From an uncultured Planctomycetaceae bacterium (GTDB lineage: Bacteria > Planctomycetota > Planctomycetia > Planctomycetales > Planctomycetaceae), in assembly GCA_942492165.1 (NCBI GenBank), contig CALOEF010000070.1:2492-66491 (forward strand): a stretch of 64,000 bases of DNA, read 5' to 3'. Both the position numbers and the translations under genes were made by a program. How positions within the stretch are numbered: position 1 is the stretch's first letter; each line of letters begins with the position of its first letter. The notes under the pieces are model-generated. The model worked only from the letters and a program-made list of their open reading frames with translations, searched no databases and was not told where the DNA came from. Shown here in pieces: positions 21,002 through 30,251 of the stretch.

Positions 21002-22501
21002 TTATTGAGCCATATGTGTGGTCAACGAGACTTCATTCCAAAGCACTTCCAGGTCGGTGCCGACTCCTGAACCACTGTTGAAAAAAAGTGCATTATCAAA
21101 TCTTGCAATACCGCTGCCTGTGCGAAGATCAATTTTGTTTTGACGTAATTGATCGTCAATATAAAAATCGAACAGGCTTGAGCCGGCCATTCCACGCAGC
21201 TCAAACGTATGATATTGATTTGCTGAACCAGGGCCGAGATTGATTGGTGATTTTGCTTGCCAGAGTCCAACTTCAAGCTCATCATTATTGACACGTTTCA
21301 GTTGAAACCCATTCATGTGCCGGTCGCCCATGATATTCCAGCCGGGATCATGTTTTTTGTTGATCGACCAGAGTGCCAGCCCACCTCCGGAGACGACTTT
21401 GGCTCTGACTTTAAATATCCATCCCTGATCAAACATTGTTTTGAATTCAGCAGCCGTCAGAGACTGACGGTATTCGGGATTCACAATAGGGCTATTGTCG
21501 GCAATTCGCCACGCGGGGGTGTTATTGTCGTTCGTTGCTTCCATCATAACGTCGATTGTTTTTCCACTTTCCGTCAATCCTTGAACGAGCGGATGCGGAA
21601 CAGCTTCCGGCTTACCCGCATTGGCTGAGTAGCCGGCAATCCGACTGGGATTTTCGACCCAGTTGCGGCTGAGAAAGGCGTCGGCAAAGCGTCGACCAAT
21701 TTCCAGCTTGGATGTTTTCCCAAAATGGAGGCGATCCTTTTTGAGAGGAAGATCGTGTGTCTTTATAAATCCTATGTCAGGGCTGCCAGCTGCATGTTTT
21801 TTTTGCAGATCGGTTGTTTTGATGCGGCTTGTGTTCGACGTACTCGCGGCGATTTCTCCAACGACCGTGTACATGTTGGAAGCAGCATTCGCATAGCTGG
21901 AATTGATATGTGACTGAACGGCATCGATTAAAGTCTGCAGACGCGTGTTGGCAAGCTGTGCCTCCTGACTGCTGTTGCTTTCACCCTGCAGGTACATAAA
22001 TCCCTTAACCTTAAAGGTATGCCCTGCTTTGGTTGCTTCCGTCAGCGCAACGTCGATTTGCTTCATCAGATGATTTGCCATATGTCCGGTTTTGGGCAGC
22101 CAGAAACGATTACCGCCGCCGCCACGACTGACTTTAATTACCATTACGTTCGATTTACCAGCATCGAACATGGTTCGTGCCATCCCGATTTCGGGTCCCC
22201 ATGATTTGGGATTGGCTCTTGCTCCCTGCTGCATTTGCAGTGTCTTGATCGATCCACCCGAGTCACCCAGTAAGACAATCGTGTCAGGGTTAGCCGAACC
22301 AATTGAGGAAGGGTTAGACCAGAAAAAACGCGTTTGAGAATCAGCCGGATGGGTGCCGGGGGCAAAGTCATCGCCTTCGAGATTCGTGGTGCCAAGTGAG
22401 TTGCTTTGTCCGGTGAGAATATAAACATCTAACTCGTCGGCCTGTATTCCGATTGAAATACAAAGTGACATACAAACGACAACGAAAGAACGTAAAACCA
22501 C
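21002..22501 (-). CDS. Secreted sialate O-acetylesterase-type (SASA/SGNH) protein with extra C-terminal beta domain
   Basis: GQSNS, WGPE, QGES and DRLHF SGNH blocks; signal peptide. Confidence 0.8.
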   Translation of the reverse strand: MVLRSFVVVCMSLCISIGIQADELDVYILTGQSNSLGTTNLEGDDFAPGTHPADSQTRFFWSNPSSIGSANPDTIVLLGDSGGSIKTLQMQQGARANPKSWGPEIGMARTMFDAGKSNVMVIKVSRGGGGNRFWLPKTGHMANHLMKQIDVALTEATKAGHTFKVKGFMYLQGESNSSQEAQLANTRLQTLIDAVQSHINSSYANAASNMYTVVGEIAASTSNTSRIKTTDLQKKHAAGSPDIGFIKTHDLPLKKDRLHFGKTSKLEIGRRFADAFLSRNWVENPSRIAGYSANAGKPEAVPHPLVQGLTESGKTIDVMMEATNDNNTPAWRIADNSPIVNPEYRQSLTAAEFKTMFDQGWIFKVRAKVVSGGGLALWSINKKHDPGWNIMGDRHMNGFQLKRVNNDELEVGLWQAKSPINLGPGSANQYHTFELRGMAGSSLFDFYIDDQLRQNKIDLRTGSGIARFDNALFFNSGSGVGTDLEVLWNEVSLTTHMAQ

Positions 22502-22598
22502 TGATTCGCTTCCTGACGCATGAGATGGATATTGGAGAAGAAAAAATTCCAGTCTGACTTTCTGGCTGAAACAGACAGAAATATTTCATTGACCGAAT

Positions 22599-23792
22599 CT
22601 ATTCCTGTGGAAGTTGAACTCGGTCATGAGAAGAGTTCAACAGGTTTGACAGTTTCTCTGCAGCGAGCGCTCCATATTTGATCATAGGGCGTTCAACGAC
22701 ATGATACGAAAGCATGGCAATATAATAGCTGATTACAACTGAAATGAAAGCCAGACTCACACTTAGTAAGAGTGGGAATCGCGCTGTGATTTCCGGGCTT
22801 ATCAGTAAAAGCATGCAATAGGCGAGCCAGTACAGAATAATAAAGTGATAGATATAGAATGAATACGAAAACTGACCGAGTTTTCTAAAGATCGCAAAAT
22901 CTAAAACACGACTCAAAAATACTGTCTTTGTGGTATCAGCGAGAATTGCGATTATCAATGATGAAAATAGTGCCTCGATCAGTATCGCGCTGGACAGATT
23001 ACTGTTGCCAGAGAAAAACAATCGTGAAAACATGGTACATACGATACTTAAAAAAAACATGGTATTGCAGGCATCCTGCTCTACATACAAGTTCAGTTTT
23101 TCAATGAGAGTTGGCATCATCAATCCAAGATAAAACACAAATCCATACATAAAATACAGATTTCCGTAAGGCATCGCTCTGGACATGCTGCTGACAATTA
23201 CAAGAATAAAAAGAAACACAAAATTCATCTTCACGCCGACACTGCGGCTGGCAAGATACGCAAACGGAAACAGCAGTGACATGAACAGTTCCACTTTCAG
23301 GGTCCATGCTATCTGGTTGAGGTTGGTTTCCAGCAAAGCGTAATTCAGGATTGCATTCGATAGTGTAATATCAGTTTTATACCATGCCTGAAACCAGACG
23401 GAAGTGTTGGGGAATTCGATGTAGGTATGAAACAAAGTGATCGAAAGTATGATGAACGTCAGACAGACAATGTATGCCGGATAGATACGGAATATTCTTT
23501 TGATATAAAACGAGAGAATCGATAGCAGGTTTTTCGGTTTTCGATCAAGCGACATGCCCAGGACATAGCCGCTGAGTACAAAAAATATTGTGACAGCCGG
23601 ACCACCATTGAATGGGATTAAGAAAAATCTTGTGAAAAATGATTGAACACCCGTGGTATCCAGGAGGCTTGTGTCCCAAATCATTTTATTATCATCAACC
23701 GCCAGTACTATAAAACAATGGCTTACAGCAACCATCAGCGCGGCAATTCCGCGAAGCGATTCTAATTTTGGATTAAACATGTCTCTATTCAC
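22599..23792 (-). CDS. Acyltransferase family 3 (OafA/YrhL-like) membrane O-acyltransferase
   Basis: LESLRGIAALMV, FFVLSGY, WTLKVE and SYSFYIYH motifs; about 10 TM segments. Confidence 0.9.
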   Translation of the reverse strand: MNRDMFNPKLESLRGIAALMVAVSHCFIVLAVDDNKMIWDTSLLDTTGVQSFFTRFFLIPFNGGPAVTIFFVLSGYVLGMSLDRKPKNLLSILSFYIKRIFRIYPAYIVCLTFIILSITLFHTYIEFPNTSVWFQAWYKTDITLSNAILNYALLETNLNQIAWTLKVELFMSLLFPFAYLASRSVGVKMNFVFLFILVIVSSMSRAMPYGNLYFMYGFVFYLGLMMPTLIEKLNLYVEQDACNTMFFLSIVCTMFSRLFFSGNSNLSSAILIEALFSSLIIAILADTTKTVFLSRVLDFAIFRKLGQFSYSFYIYHFIILYWLAYCMLLLISPEITARFPLLLSVSLAFISVVISYYIAMLSYHVVERPMIKYGALAAEKLSNLLNSSHDRVQLPQE

Positions 23793-24094
23793 TCTGACTT
23801 ACCCTGGTGGCTGTGATTGACCGGGAATTCTCCCCTGGAAATCTTGAGAAAGTGGAATTACGAGTCTAAACGACACTCAGGGGCATTCACAATAAGAAAA
23901 AACCACCATCTGTCGAAATCAAAGCGCGCGAGTGTTCCATTCCTCAAAAATAGACTGGCGGGCTGCAGATGTGTACGAAGATCAATACGCCGGGCGATTC
24001 ACTCAACTCAACTTTGGTGTACCTCGTCTCATTTTGAATTCAGCACTTTTTTTTTTTTGACTCCGATTGTGGTCGATCCGGGACTGCAATCGTA

Positions 24095-25372
24095 TTACTG
24101 GCCAGATTGATGAACCAGAAGATTCGGTTTTGACCAAATCACCCGTGAAACAAAAACGGCACCTTTGGCGCCTCGTTTTCTTGCAGCGTCGTTCCAGACT
24201 CCTTCTCCCACAGTCACCCAGGATTCGTCGGCAGTAATGGCAGCCGCACCAAAGTTACCTAATGCTGCTCCTCGTTCCGGAATGAGAGTCTGCTCGGTAT
24301 CTCGTAATACCTGTAACTTATTTGGGTCTACTTGAGCGATGAAAAGTGGCGCTCGATTTCGGATGATATGATCGTTTTTGGCTCCCCGGCGAGTATACGT
24401 CAGAAAAAGCCCTTCACTGTGTACTAACCAGTGTTGTTGCGTATTGTAACTGCCAAGATCGCTGCCATCGTCAAAATTCCAGGGTGTGATTGCCGCGTAA
24501 TGTAATCCATCCTGACTGGTTGTGACATAGCCTTTCACATCGTTGCGTATCGTCATGTAATATTTGTTTTGATACTTGACCAGCGAAGGTTCGACCAAAC
24601 CACGCTCTACATCCAGCTGAAGTACATTACCATGCTCAATATACTTGAGATGTTTTCCATCAAAAGAGCAACGGACGACAGCCACTCGATATTTTGATTT
24701 CACAGTCGGATTAAGATACATGGCCAGGAGAAGGGTGTTATCAGGTTCAACTAACCATTGTGAACTGGCGCATCGGCAAAAGTTAAATATGGGATCAGCG
24801 GGCATGATGAGTTCCCGCCATCCAGTCCACTTGTTCGTTTCAGGATCGTAGATGCTATAAGATGTCTGGTTCTGTCGAACTTTGTTTGCGAGACGAGTAC
24901 CATCATGGGCGTATCGAGTCTGCGACCCGATGGCTATCATTTTACCTGTTAAGGCATGCCAGCCGGGTGTGACATCGATAACCGCAAGATTTTCGCTGCC
25001 GTCTTTTGAAGGAACCCACGCCAGTTCTGGCCTTGCATCTGGCTTTGACCAGGTTGCGCCCAGATCATTTGTTCGCATTACACTTGATCCTGTGTAATGA
25101 TCACTGACCCGCAAATGTTTTTGTAATGTCATGATTACAGCTGGCTCGCCGGAATTACCAAATCCGGGAATCGCTGCTACTCTTGGATGAAACCACAAAG
25201 ACTTTCGATCATCGTGTTCAAGTACTGTATCCAGTTTGACTTGAAATTTGAGACGGGGGATTTTACCAGTGTTGTCTTCAGCAAAGGAATTCGCTGGCAG
25301 TGAAACTGCCAGAGCAACAGCAGCAAAAAGGAGGTGCATGAGAATCGACTTGATCACGATATTGTTCTCCAT
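24095..25372 (-). CDS. Secreted sialidase-like beta-propeller protein
   Basis: Asp-box-like RTNDLGATW and TTSQDGLHY; GSYNTQQHW block; signal peptide. Confidence 0.75.
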   Translation of the reverse strand: MENNIVIKSILMHLLFAAVALAVSLPANSFAEDNTGKIPRLKFQVKLDTVLEHDDRKSLWFHPRVAAIPGFGNSGEPAVIMTLQKHLRVSDHYTGSSVMRTNDLGATWSKPDARPELAWVPSKDGSENLAVIDVTPGWHALTGKMIAIGSQTRYAHDGTRLANKVRQNQTSYSIYDPETNKWTGWRELIMPADPIFNFCRCASSQWLVEPDNTLLLAMYLNPTVKSKYRVAVVRCSFDGKHLKYIEHGNVLQLDVERGLVEPSLVKYQNKYYMTIRNDVKGYVTTSQDGLHYAAITPWNFDDGSDLGSYNTQQHWLVHSEGLFLTYTRRGAKNDHIIRNRAPLFIAQVDPNKLQVLRDTEQTLIPERGAALGNFGAAAITADESWVTVGEGVWNDAARKRGAKGAVFVSRVIWSKPNLLVHQSGQ

Positions 25373-25439
25373 GTTAAACTGTTGCGAATCTCACCAGGAC
25401 ACTGAACTGATTTTAATACATTATCAAACTTGTCTGTTG

Positions 25440-27809
25440 CTATTGGTTTGCTTTTTCAAGCACGAGTCCATTCAGATGGAGTTGATGTAAAACGTGCCTG
25501 TTCGTTGAGGTTTGATTCTGCATTTCAATAAGAAGTCTAAACTGATTATGACCTTGTACGTAGTGTGTGAGGTCGAACTGGATTTTGCCTTGAGCCGCTT
25601 GGCCGATGCGAGACATTGTTGCGTGAGTATGTTCTAAAACAGTATTCCACGTTTGGTTGGGAGCGGTTTTGATCTGAATTGTCACAGGTACATCTGAGGT
25701 TGAATTCCCCAATACTAATGCACCACTCACCTTTTCAAACTTGCCTTGCTTCGTATCAAAGTGATAGAGTAATGCTCCTTTTTTCTTTGTGTCAAGGACC
25801 AGGCCGTAACGGCCATCCGTGAAACCTGTTTTTTGTTTGGCATCAAGAAAAGTACGGCCACCAAGGTAATAATCTTCAAAATATTTAAAGTCACCTGCCT
25901 CGAACGTTGTGCCTTGTTCATGTTGGGCTAAGAGCATTCGTAACTGGTTTGGCAGATTGATGGGAGTCGACTCGATCAAGCGTGAAGATTTTGGGTTGAG
26001 TCGATCATGAAATTGGGGGTCGTCAATAACGGCTACACTTCGTCTTAGTAATTGCACAACACGGTTTCGTATTTTTTGGTCTTTTGTCTCAGGGTAAGTA
26101 CGCATTAAATGTTCGGCTGAATAATAAAAATCGGCAATTTTGAATCCTGCTTTGACAAAATCAAGCCGTTGCCGGAAGATGTTGTTGTGTCCCTCGATGG
26201 CCGTTTCTGCTTCTCGAATGCATTGTCGCATCCTGGTTAAAACCTGCGGAGTGAATACGGGGATTAACCATTGTCGATACCGTCTCTGTTCTGGTCCGTC
26301 TTCTGCAGCCTGTTCCATAATTGCGTAAAATCGGCGCATTGGTTTTGCAGCGGGTCCATAAAACAATCGACAGAATTCATCCACTAATTCATTCACATTG
26401 GTATCTTTGTCCCAAAGGAGACGTGGGAATACAATGAAGTTTAAATGTTCTGTTCCCCAATTACGATGAGTTTCAGAATAGATCCCGACGACACCTTTAC
26501 TGTGGTAATAGCGGACATCGTTTTGCAATGCATGTACGACGGGCCAGAATGCCCAGGATGTATGACTGCCCCAGTAAGGGCGTACCAGCAGGGGATGTTT
26601 GAATTTCCCCCATGCTGAAAGCGATTTTCCAATGTTCGATCGATCAGATTGTCCGTGGAATTGATCGTCATTCCAATGCACTATCCAAAATGCACTATTG
26701 GGAGCGGGATTTACAATGCCTGGAAAACCATGTGAATGATAGTCGACATAATAGACGAATCGAGTGTCGGGATAGTCCTCGCGTAAAGCATCTGCAAAAA
26801 AATTTGCATAAGCGATGATGCGATCGTCGCCTTCTGTGTAATTCTTTCCTGAACCATTTGATAAATCGGGAACGTACTTCGAGCATGCCTTGCATTGGCA
26901 AAATCGATAAGCTTTTGTGTCGTTGGGGCTGATCCAGACGAGATCCGTTGGATTGTTTTCTAATTTTATTTTGACTACATTTAATGCAAAAGTGCGACCG
27001 TCCGGATTGGTTAAGCAGAGTTGGTCTGGAGTACGTTTGCCATTCACTAACGCAAACCATTCGGGGTGTTCTTTGAATTTATCTTTCGGGATCAGAAAAC
27101 GATAGCTGTGTCCCGATCCCCATGAATTCCAGCCTCCAAGATGGTTCCCACGTCCCCATTCCCATACAGCCCATGACGGATCCTGGTCTATCTTTGTGGT
27201 CGTATGGTATAAACCACTGCGCAGTTTGAAATCAGGTGCGCGAAATTTCTTCTGCTTCGCAATTGAAAGGCTCGAACTTTCAGGTATAACCGTGCCCCAT
27301 CGGGCAGGGAAATACCAGCGACATCCCAGGTCTTCCAGTAGAAAGTAAACCGCGTGCAGAGTTCCGATCGGATCCACGCCAGTAATATAGACATGATCGT
27401 CGTCTTGAGTCACGACCAGCGAGGCTTCAGCGGGTTCTTTTCGCTGTTTCAGTTCGTCTAAATACTTTCGGGACCCGTTCGTATTTCCAATATAGATCTT
27501 GTTCTTCAAATTGGTACGAATCGATTCATCAGCCTCACTCACGATGTCAAGTTGAACCCCGGTAATTTTCTGGATGTACCATTGAAATCGTTCTGCTGCC
27601 AGACCTTCTTCTGCGTTGCTATTGCGGGGAATCACAAGAATTGATTGTGGTATTCCATCTTTAACCAGCGTCACATCGGAAGAAACGGTTTTGCTCAAAC
27701 AAGAAACGAACAAGACAGCAACAGATGTGAAAAGAATGAGGCGATGTCGATGATCGTTCAATACATTATTGATGCCGCTTTTTGTCAGCTGTAACAATTT
27801 CATCTCCAC
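25440..27809 (-). CDS. DUF4838-like glycoside-hydrolase-related protein
   Basis: GH20/GH67-like N-terminal domain (GTLHAVYFLLEDLGCRWYFP); HPEWFALVNGKR and QLCLTNP motifs. Confidence 0.75.
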   Translation of the reverse strand: MEMKLLQLTKSGINNVLNDHRHRLILFTSVAVLFVSCLSKTVSSDVTLVKDGIPQSILVIPRNSNAEEGLAAERFQWYIQKITGVQLDIVSEADESIRTNLKNKIYIGNTNGSRKYLDELKQRKEPAEASLVVTQDDDHVYITGVDPIGTLHAVYFLLEDLGCRWYFPARWGTVIPESSSLSIAKQKKFRAPDFKLRSGLYHTTTKIDQDPSWAVWEWGRGNHLGGWNSWGSGHSYRFLIPKDKFKEHPEWFALVNGKRTPDQLCLTNPDGRTFALNVVKIKLENNPTDLVWISPNDTKAYRFCQCKACSKYVPDLSNGSGKNYTEGDDRIIAYANFFADALREDYPDTRFVYYVDYHSHGFPGIVNPAPNSAFWIVHWNDDQFHGQSDRSNIGKSLSAWGKFKHPLLVRPYWGSHTSWAFWPVVHALQNDVRYYHSKGVVGIYSETHRNWGTEHLNFIVFPRLLWDKDTNVNELVDEFCRLFYGPAAKPMRRFYAIMEQAAEDGPEQRRYRQWLIPVFTPQVLTRMRQCIREAETAIEGHNNIFRQRLDFVKAGFKIADFYYSAEHLMRTYPETKDQKIRNRVVQLLRRSVAVIDDPQFHDRLNPKSSRLIESTPINLPNQLRMLLAQHEQGTTFEAGDFKYFEDYYLGGRTFLDAKQKTGFTDGRYGLVLDTKKKGALLYHFDTKQGKFEKVSGALVLGNSTSDVPVTIQIKTAPNQTWNTVLEHTHATMSRIGQAAQGKIQFDLTHYVQGHNQFRLLIEMQNQTSTNRHVLHQLHLNGLVLEKANQ

Positions 27810-27876
27810 CTTTTTTTAAATCCGATATTCACAACGAGTTACTTTTATCAAAATGATGATTGATTCGTCGATCAGT

Positions 27877-29226
27877 CTACTTTGAATATTTATCTGGCTG
27901 ATCCCAGAGAATGCGGACCAGGAATGTGCTGCCGTTGGCACCCATGCTTTCAATTTCTTTGCGTCGCGCCGCATTTCCGAAGATGCCTTCGGTTACCGTG
28001 ACCCAGGATTCGTTTTCACCGGCAGCATTACAGCCAAAGTTTCCCATTTGCGCGCCACGATTGGGGATGACAGTCTGTTCTGTTTTACGAATCACCTGAA
28101 GTTTTTTGGGGTCGACTTGCGCCATGAAGAGCGGGGCACGGTGTCTGTTGACCATGTCATTATTCGCGCCTCTCCTGGTATAGACCAAAAAAAGACCATC
28201 GCTGTGCGACAACCAATGCTGTTGCGTATTATAGCTGCCGAGATCTTGTCCATCATCAAAAGTCCAGGGTTTTAACGCATCAAAATGCAATCCATCCTTG
28301 CTTGAGGTCACATAACCTCGTTGTACATTTCGGAGCGTTAAATAGTATTTATTTTGAAATTGGACGAGTGAAGGTTCATACAACGGTTTCTCAGTCTCCA
28401 ATTTGAGTTCATCACCATGTTCCAGGTACTTTAATTCGGTTCCATCAAAGCTGCACTTAAGGACGGTTGCTGTATAGATCTTGCGTTCTGCCGATGTCGT
28501 ATAGACGGGAAGTAAAATCGTTCCATCATCTTTAACATGAAATTGGGAACAGCCGGGCGCGAAGAGATAGAATTTCTTGTCGGTGGGGGCGTTCGCCAAT
28601 AACTTCCAGACAGTCCATTTTTTCGTTTCAGGATCAAACACCGTATATGCGGCGTCATACGAGCGGTATCTGTCATAGAGGTGAGCGCCAGCAGTTGAAT
28701 ACCGCAGTTGGGTTCCGATTACGATTAATTTGTTCGTCTTAGCGTGCCAGGCGGGTGTGGCATCGCACACAGAAAGAATCACGTTTTTCGATTCTTTTCG
28801 CCACGCCAGTTCAGGAATTTCGACAGGCTGCGACCATTCACCACCGGGCTGAGTCTGATACATCGCATACATGCCAGAATAAAAATCGTCGGCATGTAAG
28901 TGTTTTTGAATGGTCATCACACCAGACAGCTTGTGCTTGTTACTCCCCGGTGGCAGATAACAGGCACGTGGATGAAACCATTGAAATATTCCATCGTTAT
29001 GCACGACGAGCGGTTTCAATTCAGATTGAAAGCCGATCTGTTTTTCTTCTGCAGTGATGATTCCTGAGGCGAAGGTCAGAATAAGACCGGGTATGATCGC
29101 TGACAGATAAGACTTTGTATTTGTAACTGTCTGAATTATTCTCATAATTAATTTCCACATCATATTCTCATTTCTAAGGACTATCAGAAGTGTTTTCAAT
29201 TTTAAATATAATTTTAGCGTAAACAC
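27877..29226 (-). CDS. Secreted sialidase-like beta-propeller protein, paralogue of 24095-25372
   Basis: Shares WFHPR, QKHL, GSYNTQQHWL and RAPLFxAQVDP blocks with its paralogue. Confidence 0.75.
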   Translation of the reverse strand: MFTLKLYLKLKTLLIVLRNENMMWKLIMRIIQTVTNTKSYLSAIIPGLILTFASGIITAEEKQIGFQSELKPLVVHNDGIFQWFHPRACYLPPGSNKHKLSGVMTIQKHLHADDFYSGMYAMYQTQPGGEWSQPVEIPELAWRKESKNVILSVCDATPAWHAKTNKLIVIGTQLRYSTAGAHLYDRYRSYDAAYTVFDPETKKWTVWKLLANAPTDKKFYLFAPGCSQFHVKDDGTILLPVYTTSAERKIYTATVLKCSFDGTELKYLEHGDELKLETEKPLYEPSLVQFQNKYYLTLRNVQRGYVTSSKDGLHFDALKPWTFDDGQDLGSYNTQQHWLSHSDGLFLVYTRRGANNDMVNRHRAPLFMAQVDPKKLQVIRKTEQTVIPNRGAQMGNFGCNAAGENESWVTVTEGIFGNAARRKEIESMGANGSTFLVRILWDQPDKYSK

Positions 29227-29321
29227 AAATAAAAATCTGCAAAAGTAAAACAGTTTGTTTATCAGAAGTCATTCTTCGAGTTTTTTTCACTCTCTGTAGA
29301 TAGAAAGCAGGTGATCGCGCT

Positions 29322-30218
29322 TCAGTGGGTTTCTGGCCAGGATTCAGAAACAATAAAAACACGATCTACTTCGTGATAGACTGTCTGTTGATTCGATAAA
29401 ACACTGACGAGAAGTGGTCTCGCTGAATTCAAGAACTGCGCATCAATCTGACTGGTTAACTCTTCAAACGATTTTAAATTATCATTTGAGGAATGGCAGA
29501 CTTCGGGTGACAGCCAGTAGGGCTTATGCAGTATGCGAAACAGGTGTGTTTCATTCTGGTCATTGAGCCGGGGCAATTCTGAGTAACGAATCCAGGTTCC
29601 TTTTAAATGATCGACTGACATTGTCTCTGGTAGTTGAGTCGGCGGCGTTTCGTCGGGATGATAAAAAATGGTGCCTTTCATGAATGCGTTGCGTTTTTCA
29701 ACTTCCGGAAAATGTTTTTGACTGAAGGGAAGCTGATGTTCCAGCAGGCGTTTGCTCTTCTTTTCAAATGTATCAATGGCGTTGGGGCCGATGAAGTGAC
29801 TACCGGTCGGATTGTTCTGTGGAAAATGCAGGTAGAACTTAACCGCCGTCTCCCAATGATGGAGTATTCCCGTTTCGTCTTCAAAAATGAAATCAATCTC
29901 GCCGACCGTGCGGTTCTCTTCAAAGACCTGGAGCTGTTTAGCAATGATTTTCAAATGGCAAATATGTTCCAGCCAATACAGGACAAGTCCTTCAAAATAG
30001 TGGCCCACTCGGAAACTCGTATACTGAGTCAGAAATGCTGCCAGATCTTGCTCATCGATGGGGCGTTCATTGGTGAATTGAGAAGAATTGGAGTTTTTAT
30101 TGGAGTTTTTATTGGAGTTTTTAATCAGAGAAGGGCTCGTTATAGCCCACTTTAAATCTCGAACGTGTTGTGATTTCAACAAGTCGCGAGTTGATTCAGA
30201 CTCGGGTTCATTTTTCAT
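29322..30218 (-). CDS. DUF1853 family protein
   Basis: RDLKWAITSP, RVGHYFE, GEIDF and HWETAVKFY motifs. Confidence 0.8.
   Translation of the reverse strand: MKNEPESESTRDLLKSQHVRDLKWAITSPSLIKNSNKNSNKNSNSSQFTNERPIDEQDLAAFLTQYTSFRVGHYFEGLVLYWLEHICHLKIIAKQLQVFEENRTVGEIDFIFEDETGILHHWETAVKFYLHFPQNNPTGSHFIGPNAIDTFEKKSKRLLEHQLPFSQKHFPEVEKRNAFMKGTIFYHPDETPPTQLPETMSVDHLKGTWIRYSELPRLNDQNETHLFRILHKPYWLSPEVCHSSNDNLKSFEELTSQIDAQFLNSARPLLVSVLSNQQTVYHEVDRVFIVSESWPETH
30087..30122. repeat. 12-bp tandem repeat (ATTGGAGTTTTT)x3
   Basis: Three exact copies read directly; they encode KNSN x3 in the DUF1853 gene. Confidence 0.95.
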
Positions 30219-30251
30219 AAATTCAATAATATTCTTAAATGAGCGACGCTC

